From Tilletiaria anomala UBC 951 (lineage: Eukaryota), in contig NW_013547014.1 in the NCBI RefSeq assembly GCF_000711695.1, positions 1-64,000 on the forward strand: DNA of 64,000 nt, given 5' to 3'. The position numbers and the translations under genes are program-made. The notes under the pieces are model-generated. The model ran no database searches and was not told the DNA's origin. It saw nothing but the letters and a program-made list of their open reading frames with translations. Numbering within the stretch: the first letter of the stretch is position 1; every line of letters begins with the position of its first letter. Below, piece after piece: positions 50,560 to 63,400 of the stretch.

Positions 50560-53500
50560 ATGTCCTTCCGCCCACTTCCAGCGGCTCCCGCCGCAACGGC
50601 GGCTCCAGGCCACGATGGCCCCTCCGGTGCATCTGATGCTGGCGATGATGGCGGGCGCAGCGACACGTTGCGCATCGAGATGCTCGGTGCTGGACAAGAA
50701 GTGGGGAGAAGCTGCTGTGTGCTGACGTATAAGGGCAAGACGGTCGTGTGTGACGCTGGCGTACATCCTGCGTATACGGGACTCTCGGCTTTGCCCTTCG
50801 TTGACGAGTTAGATTGGAGCACCGTTGATGCACTTCTGATTACGCAGTGAGTTTGGCTGCTGCGCCGGGCATATAAGTTAGATATCGCTGAGCTGAAGAT
50901 CTGGCTTCATGTACTGGCAGTTTTCATCTCGACCACGCCGCGGCTCTGACATACATCATGGAAAAGACAAACTTCAAAGACGGCAAGGGCAAAGTGTACA
51001 TGACACACCCAACCAAGGCCGTTTACCGGTTTCTCATGTCGGATTTTGTGCGCATCTCCAATGCTGGCTCGGATGATCAGCTGTTCGACGAAGGAGAAAT
51101 GCTTGCCTCCTGGCGCCAGATCGAGGCGGTGGACTATCACCAGGAAGTCAACATCTCAGGCGGACTGAGGTTCACACCATATCATGCAGGCCACGTCCTT
51201 GGCGCGTGCATGTTCTTTATTGAAATTGCCGGGCTCAGGATCCTCTATACAGGAGACTATAGCAGAGAAGAGGACAGACATCTCGTCCAAGCAGAGGTAC
51301 CACCTGTTAAACCAGATGTACTCATCTGCGAGAGCACCTACGGCACACAGAGCTTGGGTCCAAGGCTTGAGAAGGAAGCAAGGTTTACAAGTGGGTCTGC
51401 ATGGGACCCGGATTTTATGTTTGATCTAGCTGACCTGAGAATTATGCTCCTGCTCACAAGATACTGTCCACCAAGTGATCAAACGCGGCGGACGCGCGCT
51501 GCTTCCAGTCTTTGTTCTGGGGCGAGCTCAAGAGCTTTTGCTGCTCCTCGATGAATACTGGTCCAAGCACCCGGAATTGCACAACGTGCCGATATATTAC
51601 GCCTCCTCACTAGCCCAACGTTGCATTCGAATATACCAAACTTACATCCATACCATGAACGACAACATTCGCTCGCGCTTCAACAGGCGAGACAATCCAT
51701 TTGTGTTCAAGCACATTTCGAATCTGAAGTCGCTGGACAAGTTCGAAGATAAAGGCCCTTGTGTCATGATGGCGAGTCCAGGACTGATGCACAGTGGTGT
51801 CAGTCGAGAGCTGCTGGAACGCTGGGCACCCGATCGCAAGAATGCCGTAATCATTACTGGTTACAGCGTCGAGGGCACGCTGGCACGGACGATCCTAAAT
51901 GAGCCCGAGGAGATCGTCAGCATGTCTGGCCAAAAGATCCCGCGGAGATGTACGGTGGACTACCAATCCTTCTCTGCGCACGTCGATTACGCGCAAAATA
52001 GCAAGTTCATTGATGAGGTCAAAGCGAGCCACGTCGTGCTGGTGCATGGAGAGGCGAACACGATGAGCAAGCTCAGAGCGGCGTTGCAGAAACGCTTTAA
52101 GGATCGAAAAGAGGATATTAAGGTCCATACTCCTAGGAACTGCGAACCGCTCCATCTGACCTTCAGAGGAGATCGAACTGCCAAGGTGTGTCGGACTGCA
52201 CATAAAGCTACCTACATGCATATGAAGTGCTCACTTTGATGTCTCACCCTTACTCACAGGTCATTGGCTCGCTAGCGAAGCAACCTCCCGCACCAGACTC
52301 GACGCTGACAGGTTTGCTCGTCTCCAAAGACTTTGCATACACCGTGTTGGATCCGTCCGACTTGGCCGACTTTACTGGTCTCAGCATGTCGACCATCATT
52401 CAGCGACAACGGCTTGCGTTGCATGTCAGCTGGCCGCTCGTCCTCTGGCATCTCACTGGCATGTTCGGCAAGATCGCTGAGGGTGTGGACCTCGAAGATC
52501 ATCCAACTGCGCGTGTCATGGACGCCGTGGATGTCAAGCGCACGGGCAAGTACGAGGTCACGATGGAGTGGGTCAGCAGCATTCCAAGTGACATGGTTGC
52601 GGACGCTACGGGCGCGCTTTTGTTGGGCATCAGCAGCAGCCGTGCGAGTATCAAGATGACAACCAAGCCACACGCCCATGTGCATGCTGATGGACATGAC
52701 GATGAGACTAGAGCTGCAGGTGCGAAGGCAGAAGTGGACGAGGTGATGGGAGAATATGATGATGGCGAAGCTGCACCTGCTGCTCCGCATCCTTACAGCG
52801 AGGCAGCAGCCGAGGCGCGCAGGTCCGAATCAAACCTGAAGAGTCTCGATGCCGAGTCACCAACTGAAGCCAGAGCTACGTCGGCCAGCAACGGCGGCAA
52901 CATCAACATGGACTTCGTAACCGCCGCCACAATCTTGGCGCGGACAGAGACGATTGTCGCGTTGCTGGAAGCGCAGATCGGGCCGGTGGAGGAAATGATG
53001 GTGGGGGAGTTGAAGCGCGCAAAAGCTGAGCCGGAAGATGCATGTCCTGCTGCCTTTACTTCTCTCGATGGCGGCGGCACTGCAGGGTTTCCAAGAGCAA
53101 TAGCGACCGGATCTCTGAACGGTAACGGAACCCCTGGCCCCGATCCAGATGTAAGAGACAATTCTGAGGACGGCGCCGCTCCTCCTGCCCAGGATGATGA
53201 AGAGGGTCGATATATGGAGCCGCGCGCTGCCGCTCTGGAACCCATCCAGGCTATACGCGGGCCGCCGAGACACGCACTGCTCATTTGGCTTGATGAGGCA
53301 TGCGCGGCGGTTGAGGTCGAGTCTCTGGTGAGTGTTTGTGCTGTGGATCTGTTTACGCGCTGACGTGTGCTAATTTGAATGTGTCCCTGCCATCCTGTTG
53401 GAACTTCACAAAGATGGTCACATCCGCCTCACGGGCCCTTAAGGGACGGGTGGAGCGCTGCATCAAGATGGCGTTGCAAGCGACGATGCCGTTGGCTGAC

Positions 53501-53572
53501 GCTTTCTCACTCGAGGCTCCCCTCCAGACCAACATCTTTGCTCTGCCACCCTCGCAAGTGAAGCAAGGATAG
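50560..53572 (+). CDS. YSH1: mRNA 3'-end processing endonuclease Ysh1/CPSF73, multi-exon
   Basis: [78 protein letters not shown]. Confidence 0.97.
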
Positions 53573-53675
53573 CGAAGGGGAACAAATGAACCGCGCCGAA
53601 TGATTTAAGGGAGCAGACACTGTAGCTTATTACATTAATTGCATTGTGAAGAACATGATTAACTACAGTTATGCT

Positions 53676-56600
53676 TTATACACTCGCAGGGTCTCCATGG
53701 ACACGCACACGATACAGGCAGGTGAAGTCGGAATTGCCATGGTTGCTGGTGATGCGGAAGCGCAGAATGCCAGTCTTGATCCCCAGCGCGCGAATTTCGG
53801 CCGGGACGGGGTACGTCTGCGTGGCGCGACTGCCGGGCGAGACGTCGTAGACATAGGAGCCGAGATGTAAATAGTCGTCCGAGGGTGGGGTAGGTATTGG
53901 CTGAGCATTGGGCAGCTCGGCTAACTTGCGGAGGTATTCAGCAGCTTTGTGCTTGTCCTCTCCATTCTGCAGCAGGCCCCATACGGTAATATCGCGCGGG
54001 GCAGAGGTAATCGAGTCGCTGACGATGCTGCGCGGCGCATGCTCGATGGTGATATCTGAGACGACGATGTTCCGCGAAAGCGCGATGCCAAGTTGCCCGC
54101 TGTCGCCAGCGAAGGGCCAGCACATGCCAGGCGCATTATCGTGGTGAATCGCAACGACTGGCGCGCGTCCGCGCACTACGGACGAGTCTGCAGTGCCGGG
54201 AATCAACTTGGCGAGCCAGGACCTCGAGGAGCTAAGTTCGTACGTCGGACTTGTTAAACTGGGCAGCACGCGGCCGCCGGCAGAGTAAAGCGCATAGTCT
54301 TGGCGGCCGATCATGTCTGCAGAGTACTTCTCAAGTGCAGCGTCGATAAGGGACAGCACGGCTTCGCGACCATCCGTTCCGTCTTGCAGTGTAAGCGGTA
54401 CGCCTTTGCCATCGTCGAGGATCTTGCCGAGCAGGCTGGAGGAGCCAGCGGAGAGCGAACCGGAAGACTGATACGCATCGCCAATCTTACGGATCTTGTC
54501 CCACATTTCGTCTTTGAGACCTTCGAGGTTGTTGTTGAATCGCGCTTCCATCTCTGTCTTGATGACCGTCAGCTCGGAATCAAGCAAGCCGCGGAAGTCC
54601 TCTCGGCTGATCAGCGTGCCTTTGGAGGGTTCTCCCTTTGATTGGCGGCTCAGCTCCTCTTGCATAAAGGCACGCAGTGCTTGTTCGTTAGCCTGCCTGA
54701 ACTGCGACCAAGCTGCGGTGTCACTTGTTCCATCTTGCGGGTCGTCTCGCGCTTTGAGCACCTTCTTGAGCTCGACCCAGAAGGCAGGGTCGATCTGCAC
54801 ATGGCCGCTCTTGGCATCTTTACGGACGGGCATCTGCGTAGGAAGACGCTCGGCGATCTTCTCCATGCGTTTCTCGAGCTCTCCGTACCGCTGCTCTGCC
54901 TTGTCGCGTGCGAGATTGAGCTTTGCAAGGTCGCGGCTGTTCCTGTCCAGATCACTTTCGAGCTTGCTGATGCGCTTGCGTATTTCGCTCGCTTCGGTAC
55001 TGGCGATCGCGTCATTTGCACCTCTTCCAGAGGCCCCTCTCGTGCCAGGGGCCACATTCGACTCGAGCGAGCGCAAAGAAGCGGTGAGCGCTGCAAGCTC
55101 ATCCTGTAGGTCCTGCTGCTTGAGCCGGAGGCCGTCGATGGTGCGGCTCAACTCGCGCCGTAAGTCCAGGGCTTTTTGCTCCAGTGACTCGATCGTCTTC
55201 TGGCTGCTGGTGGAAGCGCGCTCAAGAGCAGCGAGGCGGCTCGACAAGTCCTGACGCGCTCGCGTCAGCTCCGATCGGACACCGCGCATGTCGGCGCCAA
55301 TGTCGCCTAGGGAGGCTACAGCTGCTTCCAGCTTGCGCAAGCGCGCAATCAGGCCTTGCAATTCCGCGGGCGCAAGGTCCGGATTGCTGAACACGCTGTT
55401 ACCGCCACCATGATGACGGAAAAGCGAAGATGAAGGTCGGGACGACAATGCTGACAAACCGTCAGGATAGATGAGAGCTGCGAGTAGCAGCAGGATTGCA
55501 AAGACCGTCAGGAGCGCGGTAGAAGTGGAAGAAAAGCCGATGACATGTCGCAGAGAATTGAACCATCGCGTATACCGATTTGCTTGACGAGCAGCGGCCC
55601 CGCCACGGGCGACACGGCCGCTTGCACTGCAGCCGCCTCGGCGGGCAAGTGCAGAAGCTGGACTCCTCGATTCAGCAGCGTTTTCCGCGTCATCATGAGT
55701 ACCATTTTCGTCCTCGAGCTCGCTGAGCTCGCTACTTTCTCTATCTTCACCAGCGCCAGCACCGTCGGCCGACTTGCGTCCCTTCCTCCCCTTACCCCTT
55801 TTCCTTTTTGTCGACCAGATCTTGCCATCGTCGCGCCCGCCATGATCATGCAAGCCAGCCCCTGCGATCCGACTGCCTCGCGCTTTTCGGCGATGGGTAT
55901 GCTTGCGGCCGTCTGTCGATCCAACGTCCGAGCCCCGTCCTGCATCTTCGTCCGAGTCTAAGTCTTCCGGATCGGGACGATACGACTGGTTGTCCTTGGA
56001 CGGACGACTGCGGCGCCGGCGGACACCCCTCGCAGTTCGCTGGCTCGCTTGGCTGTCCAGAGAATTGTCGCCTTCGATCTGCTGCTGCGCGCTTCCGTTG
56101 CTATTCACGCACAACTGCCTTTTTGTTTGTGCTTGCGGCTGCAAGCGGGACCCAGTGATGACGGCGGTCCAGGGGCTGCGGAGGGCATCGATCCAGCCTT
56201 TGCTGTTGCTGGAGTTGGCGCTATCATGAAGACTGTCGTTGCTTGCGTCAGCGCGGCCATCTTCATCGTCTTGGACCTCCATCTCGCGCGCCATCTCGTC
56301 CTCGGCCGCATAATCATAACTGTAGCTCCTGCTCTGACTGTCCTCAGCACCAGTTCCCGCCCCGCTGTCAGGACTCATCATCATCATCATCGATCTGCTC
56401 GCCATCGCGTCGCTCTGGGCCGCGACGTTGGCACGGCCCTGCTCTTGCCGTCGGTACAGCGCCATCGGATCGTGCGAGGGCTTCTGTGCGCCACGCAGCA
56501 GAGACGAGCTGCTGAGCAAAGCACTGTGGTTGGCATCGGCCGAAGTGTCCGCAGGTCCAGGTCCAGGCGAGGGAGACGCGCGCGGGCGCATGAAGAAGCT

Positions 56601-57623
56601 GTGCAGACCCCCACCTCCGCTGCCGCCACCGCCGAGTGCGCTGTTCCCAGTGTCTGTACGTGCATGTCGATGCGCCTGTGCATCTCTGCTTTGAGTCGCC
56701 TCTGCCACCGCTGGTAGGGACTGAGAGTGTCGCACTTCTTCCCTCTCGTCCTCCTCCTCGACCTCTTCGTCAATCATGCCGCTTCTCAAGCTGTCCCGAT
56801 GGCCGGAGAATTGTTTCTCGCTGATTTGTGTCTCTTGGTCCGACTCGGCCTTGATCTCCCTGTCTCTGTCACCGGGTTGGCTGCCAGCGTCGCTGAGACG
56901 CACCGACCGGCGCGGCCTTCCTGTCTGTGACACTGTTGTGGGGCTTCCGATGAGCGCAGAGCTGAATGCATTGACCGCGCTTCCATGCCCGCTCGTTGCA
57001 GTGCCAGAACGACGCGTACGCGATCGATGATTCGCGGCAGGCGCCGCCGTAGCTTCAGCCGTCATGGCCTCCGCGGCCTCTTTTCGTTTGCGCAACTCGG
57101 CGTATCGCGCTTTGGCGGGCATGGCATTCCGATCGACTTGCACGGCTCTATCGGCATCCGCTCCTTCGCCACCGACGTCAAAGCTATGCATGGGGCTGTC
57201 AACGTCTTGTGGCAGAAAGGCGGCACTTGCGACGCTAGGCGAAAGACTGTCGGATGCCGGTCGGCCGGTGATCTTGTTATTCCGACTGCTGTCATCCGAG
57301 GGCGCGCCGTACGCGTATGAAGGCTGCGGGACGGAGAGGTTGACCCACGAGCTGCGCTTCTTAACGTCGCGTCGTTGGCTTTCGCGCGACTCGTCCACAG
57401 CCTGGTCTGCTGGATGTGCTGAATGCGCTGTATGTGAGCGGGATGCAGAGTTGGCGTGCGCAGGTGGGCCGGAGGCCTCGCTGCTGTTTGACAGCGGGGC
57501 AGATGCGGAAGCCGAGACGGTGCTGCTGGCTCTTTGGCTTGTCGCAGGGTTCGCACGACGCCGCTGCTGTTGCTGCGCTTGCTGCTGACGGCTGGTTGAT
57601 GAGCCAGATGGTGTGCTAAACAT
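53676..57623 (-). CDS. SUN-domain nuclear envelope protein (Sad1/UNC-84-like), single exon, 1315 aa
   Basis: Disordered N-terminus, one TM (LLTVFAILLLLAALIY), long coiled coil, then DYALYSAGGRVLPSLTSPTY, PGMCWPFAG, ITIEH, SAPRDITVWG, SNHGNSDFTCLYRVRVHG. Confidence 0.95.
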   Translation of the reverse strand: MFSTPSGSSTSRQQQAQQQQRRRANPATSQRASSTVSASASAPLSNSSEASGPPAHANSASRSHTAHSAHPADQAVDESRESQRRDVKKRSSWVNLSVPQPSYAYGAPSDDSSRNNKITGRPASDSLSPSVASAAFLPQDVDSPMHSFDVGGEGADADRAVQVDRNAMPAKARYAELRKRKEAAEAMTAEATAAPAANHRSRTRRSGTATSGHGSAVNAFSSALIGSPTTVSQTGRPRRSVRLSDAGSQPGDRDREIKAESDQETQISEKQFSGHRDSLRSGMIDEEVEEEDEREEVRHSQSLPAVAEATQSRDAQAHRHARTDTGNSALGGGGSGGGGLHSFFMRPRASPSPGPGPADTSADANHSALLSSSSLLRGAQKPSHDPMALYRRQEQGRANVAAQSDAMASRSMMMMMSPDSGAGTGAEDSQSRSYSYDYAAEDEMAREMEVQDDEDGRADASNDSLHDSANSSNSKGWIDALRSPWTAVITGSRLQPQAQTKRQLCVNSNGSAQQQIEGDNSLDSQASQRTARGVRRRRSRPSKDNQSYRPDPEDLDSDEDAGRGSDVGSTDGRKHTHRRKARGSRIAGAGLHDHGGRDDGKIWSTKRKRGKGRKGRKSADGAGAGEDRESSELSELEDENGTHDDAENAAESRSPASALARRGGCSASGRVARGGAAARQANRYTRWFNSLRHVIGFSSTSTALLTVFAILLLLAALIYPDGLSALSSRPSSSLFRHHGGGNSVFSNPDLAPAELQGLIARLRKLEAAVASLGDIGADMRGVRSELTRARQDLSSRLAALERASTSSQKTIESLEQKALDLRRELSRTIDGLRLKQQDLQDELAALTASLRSLESNVAPGTRGASGRGANDAIASTEASEIRKRISKLESDLDRNSRDLAKLNLARDKAEQRYGELEKRMEKIAERLPTQMPVRKDAKSGHVQIDPAFWVELKKVLKARDDPQDGTSDTAAWSQFRQANEQALRAFMQEELSRQSKGEPSKGTLISREDFRGLLDSELTVIKTEMEARFNNNLEGLKDEMWDKIRKIGDAYQSSGSLSAGSSSLLGKILDDGKGVPLTLQDGTDGREAVLSLIDAALEKYSADMIGRQDYALYSAGGRVLPSLTSPTYELSSSRSWLAKLIPGTADSSVVRGRAPVVAIHHDNAPGMCWPFAGDSGQLGIALSRNIVVSDITIEHAPRSIVSDSITSAPRDITVWGLLQNGEDKHKAAEYLRKLAELPNAQPIPTPPSDDYLHLGSYVYDVSPGSRATQTYPVPAEIRALGIKTGILRFRITSNHGNSDFTCLYRVRVHGDPASV

Positions 57624-60455
57624 GGCGGCTTGCGTACCGGTAAGCCAATGCTCGAGGCATAGGCAGCTGAGGTGGTTGTTCTACAGGGGAAGCCTTGTCA
57701 CTGGTGGAAGAGGGGCAACAAAGGGGGAGCCGGCATTTTGTCAGCATACATCATCGCCCTCTGCCGCAACGTCGGACAGAGAAGTATTTGGCTACACTCA
57801 CCTGACGCGTCAAGCAGTCAGATGCATATAAAAACATGGACCGAATAAAGAGATACGGAGAAGAGATGATCGATGTATGCCGACCAAATGGAGAGCGATG
57901 CCGATGCTGATGCTGCTATGAGGAAAAGACCGGGCAACGAGACACAAAGATCCAAGCGCCCTTTGTCAGTTCTCTTTCTCGTGTTCGCCCACCAAAAGTC
58001 GCGTGTCGCGACTTGCACGTCGTCGTGCACGACTTGATGATCCGGAGACGTGACTTGAGACGTTCAAGAATCGGCACAGTATGCTGACGGGTGACCAGGG
58101 AACGAAGAGAGGAGAGCGCGGGTCAGCGACGACCAAGCAACACACCTTGTTGATGTTCTCCATTAGTCAACCGCCAAACGGGGGTGGAAGGGTTGGAGAT
58201 ATTGTCACGGAGAATGGGATATGCGATGGGATGTGCGGATGGGGTCACGTGACTAGAAGCCAAAGCGAGCTGTCATCTGGTCACATAGTCTGTGTCACGT
58301 GGCACACCGGCTATATCTGGGGGAGAAACAGTTTGGCGTGCATTGGTCTGTTTGTATTTGTAAACCAAATGTTTTGCATGTAGTGCTTAGTCTGGAACTA
58401 TTTTGTCCAATCAGAAACAAATTTAAAATCAGGAATCATTTCAGGTCCAATCACTCCAACTTCACAAAATTTAATTGATCATCATTCGTGTCCACTTGGT
58501 ATGACGCAGGGGGTGAAAGTCGGTAACACAGTACGAGCAATGCCAAAGCCAAAGAACAGTGTTGAAACTATGCCCTCCAGTCACAAATAGTGGAAAGCTA
58601 GGATGGGGTTACATGAAAGGAGGATTGCTCGTACAGGAAACAAAAGTTCTACGCAGTGAGCCTATCACTTTGTTGCTGCCCGTGGTTGAATATCTCTCCG
58701 TCTTGCTACGCTATATCTTGTCTTCACGTGAATCATCCCCGTGCTTTATATGCCCGACTGCCGACTCTCTCATATCCTTATAATATCGTCTTACTAATAC
58801 AAACCACAGTCACAGGCGCTTGACAATGGATCTCCAACCTCTGCCATCCCAATCCCACAATTCAGTATTTCATTCGAGAGAAAGAGATTCAAGTCCCAAA
58901 GTTGATTTCAACTTTTGACTGATCTGCGACAAGTAGAGCAAGTACGCTTGGTGACTTTGCGTCCATGCAGATCGTCCCCCGGTGTGATATGCGCACGTCC
59001 ACAGCACAGAGAGCCTTTTCCTTACCGTTATTTTTCAATTGGCTGTGGACATCACATGTGTGTCATGAGTCGGCGTCGAGCGGACCACCTAATGAAAGAA
59101 CAAAGGACCAAAGCTCGAGGTTGCTTATAGGTCAGCCATCTACACTGCATATCTCCTTCGAAGCGAGCACATCGCGCAGCTTGCACACGTCCTGCTCGTT
59201 CTTCTGTGGACAGATGTGTCGCTACTGCAAGAAACAGGACATAGCGAGAAAGACAAGTTCAGTCCACCGTTCCTTTCGGCACTTGCAGCGGCGTGCGTCG
59301 AAGCCGAGCGGGTCACCCCCACCAGCCATTGCTCAACAAGCAGACGCAACCTCCTACGTCGCCAGGCGATTCATCTAGGATATCACTTACCTCTTCGAGC
59401 AGAATATCATCACCTGTGGGCAGTGCCCCTAACCCTCAACACATGTGGTGGACCAAGAGCCGTATGCTAATCCAATGCCATCCCCACTGTGACGGCTCGA
59501 CTGCCTCGAACCACGTTGATGATGCACAGAAGCGGATGGAGCATCGGTGATGCAATACCCAATCCTGCCCCTCATGGCGAATAAAGACATACAGCTCCTT
59601 TCACAGCAGTTCCTTAACCTGCGCGTTGTCAAAGCCGTCATGCTGTCCACAGTCCTCTTCCGGGCTGAGTAACTGCTGCTGTGCCGCAAGAAGGGCTGGC
59701 ATATGCAATGTACTTCTACACGCCGAGCGCATCGGACGAACTCGCCTTCCGGCCAGAGCGACATGGTCGGCATCACCGAGCACACCTCAGGCAACTTGTA
59801 CCGCAGCTAAATGAAGCAGTCAGCAGGCGCGCCTGTGCACAGCGAAAAGTCGAGCAATGAGGAAAAACTCAGCCCGGCCAACTATATCGAGGTCGTCCCC
59901 CACTGATAGGACCCACCAGTCAGGGTGGGAGTGGTACAGAGGGGGGGGGGACAAGTGGAAGACAGCGGGAAGGATCACAGTGGGACAGGCTGCCCTCGGA
60001 AACTTCGCTTGGAGTGAGGTAGCCAGGCCTTCGAAGAATCTCACCTCGGCGATATCCACGAGCCTCACTTTTGAACGAACACAGGCGCCGGCGCTGGGAT
60101 AGCCAGCCGAATTTTCTCGGCCTCCTCATTCGGGCTTTCTTTTTCACGCCGCATGACCATATCATCATCTTTCCTTTGCTAAAGATGCACGTCCCTGGGC
60201 TCATGACCGCTCGATGGGCGGACTGCACCATTTAATTGCCTCACGACGTCAATGCAGCCTCCCATGTACTCTTGTTCACATGCTTATGTCTCACGTCACT
60301 GCATGAAGCCATTCATTTTCTTTGTAGCTTAGCTAGCCGAACTATGGTCAGCACTCGCATGCAGTACACACACATGCACACACGACTTTGAGAAAAGGCT
60401 GCGCTTTGTGCAAAGCACAGCATACATCAAGCAATACCGCCGTGTCAAACGTGCG

Positions 60456-63400
60456 TCAAAATCCGCCAATGAGCACTTCCGCGATGGTCGAAAGCGCCAA
60501 GTCCTTCACGACAAGCGGGTCGGCGAGCTGGAGTCCCGGATCGTCCCGCTGCGCATCCGATTTGCGTTGCGCCTGGTCCCGGTCGCTCCACCAGCCCATC
60601 AGGAAGATGCGCAGCCCGCCGACTTTGGCCAGGCCCTGCACTTCGGACAAATACATCGCGCAGAGCTCTGCAGTTGCTTCGCCCGCGATGGAATTCTGCT
60701 GCCCATCGCCCTCGCCATCAGCATCGGCGTTGTCGAGCACGGCAGACGATGCAGAGAGCCGCAGCGGCGGCAGGAACTCGAGGCTGTTGCCGAGCTTGTG
60801 CACTTCCTCATCCGGAATATCCAGAGCAGTGTCTGTGACGTCGACATGCGGCTGTGGGAGTGAAGGGTGAGTCCTGCGGAGGGGGGGTAGCTCCATGCCC
60901 CTCCCCAGCGGAGGGCTCTTCGGTGGTAGTGGCGGCACGTCCGTCCTGTCTGCTGGTGCGGTAGAAGGCGGCGGCCCAGCGCCACTCGCAGGCACGCTAC
61001 CTGATGCAGTCGGCGTGTCCGGTCTGCTATCTGATCCAAGAGACGTAGATCGTGTCGCCCATGACGCCTGCCGGCTGGCGGAATGTGACGACCAAGGTGA
61101 GGCCGACGAGGACGAAGGGGTGGAAGGCGACATAGTCGATGCTTCGCCCGTAGAACGCACTGCGTAGCCACGCTTTTGCGCTGGCATCGACGACCTGCAT
61201 GCCAGCTGAACGGGAGTAGGCAGCGACGATAACGTAGCCGCTTGGACCCCTTCGGCCGCCGTCGGGAAGCTTGGCTTGGTGAATTGCACCGCAAGGCGGA
61301 TCCATCGACCTTGCTGCTGGTTCTGTGTCACCCTCGTCACCAACGTCGACATTGATTGCTGGTGCTGTTGCTGGTGCTGTTGCTGGTGCTGGGAGGCAAA
61401 GGACGATTGCTGTAGTGAGCCACGACGGCTATCTGGCGCTAGCGAAGCGCGAGAGGACATGTTCGAACTCTTGGCAACCTCGCTTAGCGGGCGGTCATCA
61501 TCACTATCGTCCGCATCGTCGTCGTGGCGCGAGTGCGAAGTAGCTGTACAGATGAGCAGCGCATCGCGCACCCAAATCTGGAAGCGGATGTAGAAAGGCT
61601 CGAGAATTGTTGGCTCTTGTGGCAACTCAACCACGCGCACATGACACTGAAGTAGCATCGGCGCTTCGATTCCGATGCTCTTCGGCACGGGCGGAGGCCG
61701 TACGCTAGCGTCCGGCTGGGGTGTCATGGAAGCGCTGCACGGGACAAGCGCCTCCAGTTCTGGCGAGCAGAAGACTGGGGCTTCGTGCTTCACTTCATGC
61801 ATAAACATGGGCGTCTGCAAGTGGCAAGCTTCACCCATTGTCGTTCGCCAGCGGACATCAATCTTGCCTAGAGGAGTCGAGATGGTGAACGGTTGCGCAA
61901 GATTATGCTGCTCGCGTGTGGTCATGTCTCCCGCAAGGTTCGATACTTCAGAAGGAGGTAATGCAGCCCGCACGGATGTCTCCTCGGGACTGGGGCTGTT
62001 TGGGAGGTGCTCGGGGACGGCAGACCGCGATTGGCCGCCGGCGTGGGATCGGCCCTGCGGCAGTACCGGCGCCTGTTGGAAGCTGTAAGATGATGAGCGA
62101 TAGGACACGCCACCAGACCTTGCATGTAGTGTCAACGGGCTGGCAAAGGACGGGGGATATGGTGGCAGAGGAATGTTTTGCGTCTTTGTTGAGGGGTAGA
62201 GCGCGAAAAGAAAATGATACGATTCATTCGGTAAAACCATGATCGGCCCGCAATCGCTGCGCTTCTTCGTTGTCGCAGCTTGCTTCCCGTGTACCAAAAC
62301 ATCGAGGCCCTCACTCCAATTGCTGCTACGGAGCTCTGGCCGATCGACCCTCTCCCAACACCATCGACTTGGCTTGGTCCTGTTCTCCGCATCTGAATCA
62401 CTATCGAACAGGCGTATGTCTTCGATGACCATCGGAAGCGCAGCCGCCTCAGCGCCAAGATTGGAAACTTGAACTTCAAGCAGCACTTTTTCCCGTATGT
62501 GGTGACTCTTATGCAAGCGCTCTCCGGGAGAGATGGGTACGTGTGTCTTCATGCGCACAGATAGAGGGCACTCGGCGACGTTGAACCGGTAGAGTTTACG
62601 AAGAGTAGATTCTCGATACTCTTGCTTCTGCTGCGGTGGCGTCTCCGAAGAATGAGTGGGGTAGAGTGGAGCGTTTGCACCACTGGTTGGGGTATAGTAG
62701 GTCACAGTGCAGATTAAGACGTGTGGCCCGACCTGAGAAATGTCGTGCTTGACAACGGTTTGCAGCTTTTGGCCCTGTTCCAGCCGTTTGGATTCAATAG
62801 AAATGCTGCCGGCCGGATCGTCCGTTTCGTCTAACGCGGCAGGAGGGATGTGGATGTGAGTAAGGAGAGAAGTGTATGTTCGGGCGGCTTGCGCAGGATC
62901 CAAATTTGATTGCGCTGACGAAGCAGCTGCACCTGGTCCATACTGCATCTCCACCCGCAAGGACACGCCGGCTACATCCGACGGAGACTCGTTATTTACG
63001 CAGACAAAAGCCGAAAAGGTCTCTCCAAAGTCTGACGAGACAGAGCGGATTGAGTTAGTCCTCGTCCATAGAGATTGCGGATGCCAGAAGCGAGATGGTA
63101 AGCGCCGTGCACTCACAGACTGTCCCGAAGCTTGCAGGCAGCATAAGTATGTTTGAGATGGGCCAATCCCTCACAGTGCTCATCCTTTGATCGTTGATAT
63201 GAGAGGAGTTATATTTCTGTGACTCAAGTGGAGGGGGCTCATTGACTACCAGCTCGTCACGAGCAGCCTGATGCCAAGCTTCCTGCACCTGTCGCAAAGT
63301 TGATCGCCAATGAGATTCGTCTTCAGCGCTCGTCGGTGCGTGATGATAAGAGCTGTAGCGCAACAACTCATTGATCTCCTCCTGTGTCATTTCAGGATCA

